Part shown: piece after piece, positions 59,340 through 64,000 of the stretch
How positions within the stretch are numbered: position 1 is the stretch's first letter
Layout: every line of letters begins with the position of its first letter
Source: Alphaproteobacteria bacterium
GTDB taxonomy: Bacteria > Pseudomonadota > Alphaproteobacteria > JBBDQX01
Length of the DNA stretch: 64,000 nt
Assembly: GCA_965601735.1 (NCBI GenBank)
Contig: OZ271840.1
Location: 1,080,402-1,144,401 of the forward strand
Reading direction: 5' to 3'
Program-made: the position numbers and the translations under genes
The notes under the pieces: generated by a model
Told to the model about the DNA's origin: nothing
The model's input: only the letters and a program-made list of their open reading frames with translations
Databases searched by the model: none

Positions 59340-60590
59340 TCAGGGCCGTCGCAGGAACAGCTTGCCGAAGCCGTTGAGGGCGTTGAATGTCTCCGTGAAC
59401 GCGCGCCCATAGGCATCCGCCGGCGGCCCCGGCGGGGTGTCCGCGCACAGGGCCTGATGGATTTCGCCAACGCTGCGGTGCCCGTCGATGCGCGCCAAGA
59501 TCGCTGGCGCGAGGCGCGGTAGCGGCAGCCGAAAACGATGGCCGCCGAGGCTGAGCGCCAGCGGGTCGCCCGCCTTGATCTGTGCCGCTGCCGCCGCGGT
59601 CTCGTCGTCGCGAAAGACGGGGATCAGGCCGTCGTCTGCAGGATCGGGCGGGGTAATCGGATTCTCGGCGGCGACCGCATAGACCACATGCTTGGTGATG
59701 TCGCCGGCGAGCTGTTCGGCGAAGGCGGCGCGCGCGGTGGCGTCCGCGTCCGCCAGCCCGCGGCGCAGTGCCGGGTCGGCAAGGTAGCGGTCAGGGTCGT
59801 AGCGCGCCGGATCGATGAAGGCGGCGATGCGCAGCCCCGCGCCGTCGACCAGCGCGGCGAGTTCCGTCACCTGGTAGGCCCGGTCCCGCGCATGCAGCAG
59901 CAGGTCGAACAATCCGGCGTCGCCGCCGTCCAGATGATCCCCGATATAAGGATTGCGCCTCAGCCAGTTGCTCTGCGGCAGCGCCTTGAGCAGCCGCCGG
60001 GCAGCGGCCAGCCGGTCCGCCGGCGGCATTGATGGCGGCGCCAGGCGCCTCAGCATGTCCTGTGCAGGATAGACGCCAGTGCGTCCTAGCGCGCCATACA
60101 CCATCAGCCCCATGGCCCCCTCCGGCCGCAGCGCGGCCTTCAAGGCCGCGAGGCCTGCCGCCGGGTCCTCCAGATGGTGCAGCACGCCGCAGCAGTCGAT
60201 GTAGTCGAAGGGCGCACCGTCGAGCGCGGCGGCGTCCAGCAGGCTGCCCTGGACGAAGGCGATGTTGGACAGGCCCCGGGCCTCGGCCCGGGCGCGGGCC
60301 ACCGCCTGGGACGCCGCCGACAAGTCGAGATGCAGCACCGACGCGTCGGCTCCGGCCCCGGCAAGCTGCTGGGCCAGCATGACCGCACCGTCACCGGTGC
60401 CGCCGCCGGCGATCAGGGCGCGGAACGATCGGCCCGCCGGCAGTGCGCCGCCGAACCCGTGATGGGTGAGCTCCGCCAGATGGCTTGGCGATCCGGTAAT
60501 CAGGCGTTTCGCCTCGTCACGCGGATCGCGCGCCGGGTAGGGATAGTCCGCATACTGGGCGGCGACCGGATCGGGGGCGTTGTCAGACAT
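59340..60590 (-). CDS. Class I SAM-dependent methyltransferase with long C-terminal extension
   Basis: 416 aa. Motif I-like LIAGGGTGDG and post-I acidic residue. The C-terminal approximately 200 aa has no recognisable motif. Confidence 0.55.
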   Translation of the reverse strand: MSDNAPDPVAAQYADYPYPARDPRDEAKRLITGSPSHLAELTHHGFGGALPAGRSFRALIAGGGTGDGAVMLAQQLAGAGADASVLHLDLSAASQAVARARAEARGLSNIAFVQGSLLDAAALDGAPFDYIDCCGVLHHLEDPAAGLAALKAALRPEGAMGLMVYGALGRTGVYPAQDMLRRLAPPSMPPADRLAAARRLLKALPQSNWLRRNPYIGDHLDGGDAGLFDLLLHARDRAYQVTELAALVDGAGLRIAAFIDPARYDPDRYLADPALRRGLADADATARAAFAEQLAGDITKHVVYAVAAENPITPPDPADDGLIPVFRDDETAAAAAQIKAGDPLALSLGGHRFRLPLPRLAPAILARIDGHRSVGEIHQALCADTPPGPPADAYGRAFTETFNALNGFGKLFLRRP

Positions 60591-60646
60591 GGCGGCGTGA
60601 CCGGCGGGCGCTATGATGCGCCCTGAGCGGAAGGAACCTGGCGAGC

Positions 60647-61237
60647 GTGATGCAGGATAGCGCGAAACCGTCCGCCCGCGGCTATTTCGCGGTCGGCATC
60701 GAACATGTCAGTAAGCCGATGAATGTCGGCAACCTGTTCCGGTCCGCCCATGCCTTCGGAGCGAGCTTTGTCTTCACGGTGGCGGCCAACTATGCCCGCG
60801 GCGCTGGCGGCAAGGCCGATACCTCCAAATCGCTAGGCCGGCTGCCGTTCTACAGCTTCCCCGATGCATCCACCCTGGTCCTGCCGGACGGCTGCGATCT
60901 AGTGGGGGTCGAGATTACCGAGGATGCGGTCGACCTGCCGAGCTTCCGCCATCCGCGCCGGGCCGCCTACATTTTCGGCGCCGAACGCGGGGGGCTGACC
61001 GAGGCGATGCTGGCGCGCTGCGCGCATGTGGTGCGCATTCCAACCAAGTTTTCGATCAATGTGGGCATGGCGGGTGCGATCCTGATGTATGACCGCACCA
61101 TCAGCCTGACGCCCTTTGCTCGCCGTCCGGTGGCACCCGGTGGGCCGGCCGAACCGATGCCCGCCCATGTGTTCGGCGATCCGCGGTTCCGCCACCGGGC
61201 CGCGCCCTTCCGCGATACGCCACCAGGCGACAGTTAA
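60647..61237 (+). CDS. SpoU/TrmH-family RNA 2'-O-methyltransferase
   Basis: YFAVGIEHVSKPMNVGNLFRSA and IPT...SINVGMAGAILMY SPOUT-knot motifs. Confidence 0.7.
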   Translation: MMQDSAKPSARGYFAVGIEHVSKPMNVGNLFRSAHAFGASFVFTVAANYARGAGGKADTSKSLGRLPFYSFPDASTLVLPDGCDLVGVEITEDAVDLPSFRHPRRAAYIFGAERGGLTEAMLARCAHVVRIPTKFSINVGMAGAILMYDRTISLTPFARRPVAPGGPAEPMPAHVFGDPRFRHRAAPFRDTPPGDS

Positions 61238-61525
61238 AGCCCCGACAAACCGGCCCTTTCTGGCCCGATCCTTGCTTCCAAAAACGCAACAGTCTGGTGG
61301 CTGTTGGCGTAGATCGGGAGTTTGCCGGCGTTTCGGCACTATTTTTCCCATTTTGCGACAAGGCAACCGGCAAATTGGTAACCGCAGGGGATCAGGAAAG
61401 ACCGGGTTAAGCGCGCTTTAAGGAAAAAAGCGGAAAATTTTTTCTAAAGAGTGACGCGGGTCACATCCCGCACCGGGCGCACCGGGCATGATCAACCTAC
61501 GAAACGAGTTTGAAGGAAGAGAGAC

Positions 61526-61645
61526 ATGGCTATCGTTCTGATCCCGTTCACGCTGCTGGCGACCCTCCTGACCGAAGACAAGCGCGAGCTTGTGCTGGCC
61601 GGTGGCGCCACCCTGTCTTTCCTGTCCTTCATGATGGGTGTTTGA
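61526..61645 (+). CDS. Candidate 39-aa hydrophobic small protein
   Basis: MAIVLIPFTLLATLLTEDKRELVLAGGATLSFLSFMMGV. Strong SD GAAGGAAGAGAGAC-ATG. Followed about 100 nt later by an intrinsic terminator. Hand-counted coordinates. Confidence 0.3.
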   Translation: MAIVLIPFTLLATLLTEDKRELVLAGGATLSFLSFMMGV

Positions 61646-61742
61646 CGCCCGCTTCTTCGTCTCCGCCTTGGCGGCGGTCCCCCCGGATCACGCGTCCGCC
61701 CTGGCGTAACGCTCTCTGAACGATCCTCCCTCGAGACCCCTT

Positions 61743-61770
61743 CCGCCCGGCAATCGCCGGGCGGTTTTTT
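61743..61770 (+). terminator. Rho-independent terminator
   Basis: GCCCGGC-AATC-GCCGGGC followed by GG and TTTTTT. Functional only in the plus orientation. Confidence 0.65.
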
Positions 61771-61779
61771 GATTCCGGG

Positions 61780-62814
61780 CTACCAGTCGGCGGCGGGCTC
61801 CAGGCTGCCTGCTGCATCGCCGGCCCAGTTTGCCAGCACCGGGCGCGCCAGCGGCGCCAAGGCGGCACGGGCGTCCGCGTCCAGCGCACCCGCCCGGTCG
61901 ATCATCTCGATGATCGCGACTTCGGCGGCGCGTGCCGCGCCATCGTCGATTTTCACCGCCAGACCGTAGCCAAAGTCCCGCAGCACCGCGACGAACACCC
62001 CCTCGGCGCCAGATTTCGCCAACACCCGCCCCCGGGTGGCGCGGATGATTTCGGTCGCCACCCTCCCGGGTCCGGCGATCATCTCCGGCGCCGCGGCGAT
62101 TGCCTTGCCTAGCCGCGCCACCGCAGCCGCGCGGGCCTCGGGCAAGCTGTCGGGATTGGCCATGCGGGCCATTGCCAAGGCCAGGTTGCCGAGCGGCAGG
62201 GAATAGGCGGGCAGGCCGCAGCCGTCGATGCCGCGGGCCTGCCCGTCCAGCTCCATCCCCGCCATTGATTCAATCGCGCCTAGGGCGCGCTGCTGCGCCG
62301 GGTGGGTGTGGTCGTGATAGCCCGCCGCCGGGGCGCCCAGTTCGCGGGCTACCGAAAGGAACCCGCAATGCTTGCCGGAGCAGTTGTTGTGGGCCCGGCA
62401 CGGCTGTTCGCCCCCACCGGCAAGGCGGGCCGATTCCTGCGGGTCGGAGGGAGGCTGCGCGCCGCATATCAGGTCGCCGTCCGAAAGCCCGAGCCGGTCA
62501 AGCCAGCCGCGCACCGCCGATAGGTGAACTGCCGAGCCGTTATGCGAGGCACAGGCCAGCGCCAGCTCCCGGTCGCCAAGGTCCAGCGCGTCCGCTGCCC
62601 CGGTCTCCAACAGCGGCAGCGCCTGCAGGGGCTTCAGGGCGGAGCGCGGGAAGACCGGCCGCTCGATATCACCGAAAGCAGCGACGACCGTCCCGTCCGC
62701 ACCCACTAAAGCGGCAGCGCCGCGGTGCCGGCTTTCCACCGCGCCGCCCCGGCTGGCGGTCACGAGTACCGGATTGGCGGATTCGGGACTTTTTGAGGAG
62801 GCTTGATCGTTCAT
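61780..62814 (-). CDS. Asparaginase II family protein (Rhizobium-etli-type L-asparaginase)
   Basis: 344 aa. Conserved ...SHNGS..H, CSGKHCGFL, and GAEGVF blocks of the asparaginase_II family. Confidence 0.7.
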   Translation of the reverse strand: MNDQASSKSPESANPVLVTASRGGAVESRHRGAAALVGADGTVVAAFGDIERPVFPRSALKPLQALPLLETGAADALDLGDRELALACASHNGSAVHLSAVRGWLDRLGLSDGDLICGAQPPSDPQESARLAGGGEQPCRAHNNCSGKHCGFLSVARELGAPAAGYHDHTHPAQQRALGAIESMAGMELDGQARGIDGCGLPAYSLPLGNLALAMARMANPDSLPEARAAAVARLGKAIAAAPEMIAGPGRVATEIIRATRGRVLAKSGAEGVFVAVLRDFGYGLAVKIDDGAARAAEVAIIEMIDRAGALDADARAALAPLARPVLANWAGDAAGSLEPAADW

Positions 62815-62867
62815 TTCTTACCCTCGCGGTCTTGGCAAAGCGGGGGGGCAGACCGTATCTATAGCCC

Positions 62868-63407
62868 ATGCGCGTAATGACTGCTTTTGCAACCCTGGTG
62901 CTAGCCGCGATTCTCGCCGCCGGCCCCGTCCAAGCCCAGAGTGGATCGGCCGATTCCTTCCGCAAGATCGGCGCCTTCAATGCCTGGGAAGCCTACTCCT
63001 ACAAGGAAGGCGGACAGACGGTCTGCTACATGGTCAGTCAGCCGACCAAGAAGCAGGGCAATTACAAGCGCCGGGGCGATGTGTTCGCCATGGTGACCCA
63101 CCGCCCCGGCGAGAAGAGCCGCGACGTGGTCAGCTTCTACGCCGGCTACACCTACAAGAAGGACAGTGGCGTGGACGTGCGGATCGGCAGCGGCCGGTTC
63201 GACCTGTTCACCGCTGCCGATGCCGCCTGGGCGCGCACCAAGAACGCCGATGCTGCCCTCGTGCGCGCCATGATTCGCGGTGCCACCATGGTGGTGAAGG
63301 GCACGTCGCGCTTTGGCACGCTGACCACCGACACCTATTCCCTGCGCGGCTTCACCGCTGCCTACCGGGCGATCAGCCGGGCCTGCAAGACCCGCGCCCT
63401 GTCCTGA
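62868..63407 (+). CDS. Invasion-associated locus B (IalB) family secreted protein
   Basis: 179 aa. Signal peptide plus the IalB-type core (...[18 protein letters not shown]...). Confidence 0.6.
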   Translation: MRVMTAFATLVLAAILAAGPVQAQSGSADSFRKIGAFNAWEAYSYKEGGQTVCYMVSQPTKKQGNYKRRGDVFAMVTHRPGEKSRDVVSFYAGYTYKKDSGVDVRIGSGRFDLFTAADAAWARTKNADAALVRAMIRGATMVVKGTSRFGTLTTDTYSLRGFTAAYRAISRACKTRALS

Positions 63408-63462
63408 GCCACGCCAAACGGCGCTTGGCGCAGCGGCCCCGCGGCCCTATATCGTGGCGGTC

Positions 63463-64000
63463 ATGAGCACGACTCAACCCCAGACCACCCCCCCGGCGGA
63501 CACCGACCCGCGACCGAGCCTTGTTGGGCTGTCGCGTGCGCGGTTGGCCGAGGAAGTGGCATCGATGGACCTGCCGGCCTTCCGTGCGCGGCAGATCTTC
63601 CATTGGATCTATCATCACGGGGTCACCGACTTCGCTGCGATGACCACACTCGCTGGGCCGCTGCGCGAGAAGCTGGCCGAACGCTACACCCTCGCCCGGC
63701 CTGGTATCAGCACCGAGCAGACCTCGGTGGATGGCACCCGGAAGTGGCTGCTGCGCCTCGACGACAAGCGCGAGGTGGAGTCGGTCTACATCCCTGAGGA
63801 AGATCGCGGCGCGCTGTGCGTGTCGTCCCAGGTCGGCTGTACGCTGACCTGCACCTTCTGCCACACCGGCACCCAGCGCCTGGTGCGCAACCTGACGGCA
63901 GCCGAGATCGTCGGCCAGATGATGGTGGCGCGCGACTCCTACGGCGAGTGGCCGAGCGGCCGCGAGGACCGGCGCATCACCAACATCGTCCTGATGGGCA
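63463..64000 (+). CDS. rlmN: Dual-specificity RNA methyltransferase RlmN (radical SAM), 5' part
   Basis: MSTTQPQ...[32 protein letters not shown]...[17 protein letters not shown] carries the CxxxCxxC radical-SAM cluster. The frame runs to the window end. Confidence 0.8.
   Translation, partial: MSTTQPQTTPPADTDPRPSLVGLSRARLAEEVASMDLPAFRARQIFHWIYHHGVTDFAAMTTLAGPLREKLAERYTLARPGISTEQTSVDGTRKWLLRLDDKREVESVYIPEEDRGALCVSSQVGCTLTCTFCHTGTQRLVRNLTAAEIVGQMMVARDSYGEWPSGREDRRITNIVLMG

Overview
This 64 kb window is high-GC (about 68–70 %) and looks like alphaproteobacterial chromosomal backbone. It is densely packed with genes, many joined by 4-nt ATGA/GTGA overlaps. I see no transposases, integrases, CRISPR arrays or phage genes.

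Ordinary content, in order:
- rsmB (5' part), htpX, acs, the gpsA-tsaD pair, and the haem cluster hemC-hemD-hemX/Mic60-like-hemY-like
- tRNA-Thr(CGU)
- a two-component / c-di-GMP block: PAS histidine kinase, two CheY-like receivers, a REC-GGDEF, a CYTH-CHAD protein, an orphan receiver, plus a separate EAL protein
- a metallophosphoesterase-btaA-btaB betaine-lipid cluster
- two tandem MFS paralogs and a hydantoinase hyuA-hyuB-hyuB' cluster
- the tesA / ybbA / ybbP-like triad
- TPR-sulfotransferase, FIST, LigT, LMW-PTP, CobB, a UDG-family gene, PCD
- acetoacetyl-CoA synthetase, asparaginase II, IalB, and the start of rlmN

Observations worth a second look:
1. A single in-frame TGA splits a GrdB/PrdB-like reductase reading frame (20405..21631, minus strand). 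The context reads VPI-U-PMC, a UxxC motif, and a 15-bp GC-rich hairpin begins 3 nt downstream of the TGA. This looks like a SECIS-dependent selenoprotein that gene callers would split into two ORFs. It sits directly upstream of the PAS-kinase / REC / REC-GGDEF operon and may be co-transcribed with it.
2. Seven EamA/DMT transporter paralogs lie head to tail on the minus strand (48256..54662).
3. The btaAB cluster is preceded by an LpxH-like metallophosphoesterase, a PlcP candidate.
4. An alpha-Mic60-like coiled-coil protein sits in the haem cluster.
5. The hydantoinase B subunit is duplicated.
6. The only AT-rich patch (about 61260..61776) has palindromic and direct repeats, a 39-aa hydrophobic ORF with a strong RBS, and a canonical intrinsic terminator.
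7. A 58-aa Pmp3/YqaE gene falls below the ORF-track length cutoff.

Coordinates include stop codons, as in the ORF track. Starts that I re-trimmed are approximate to within a few nt.
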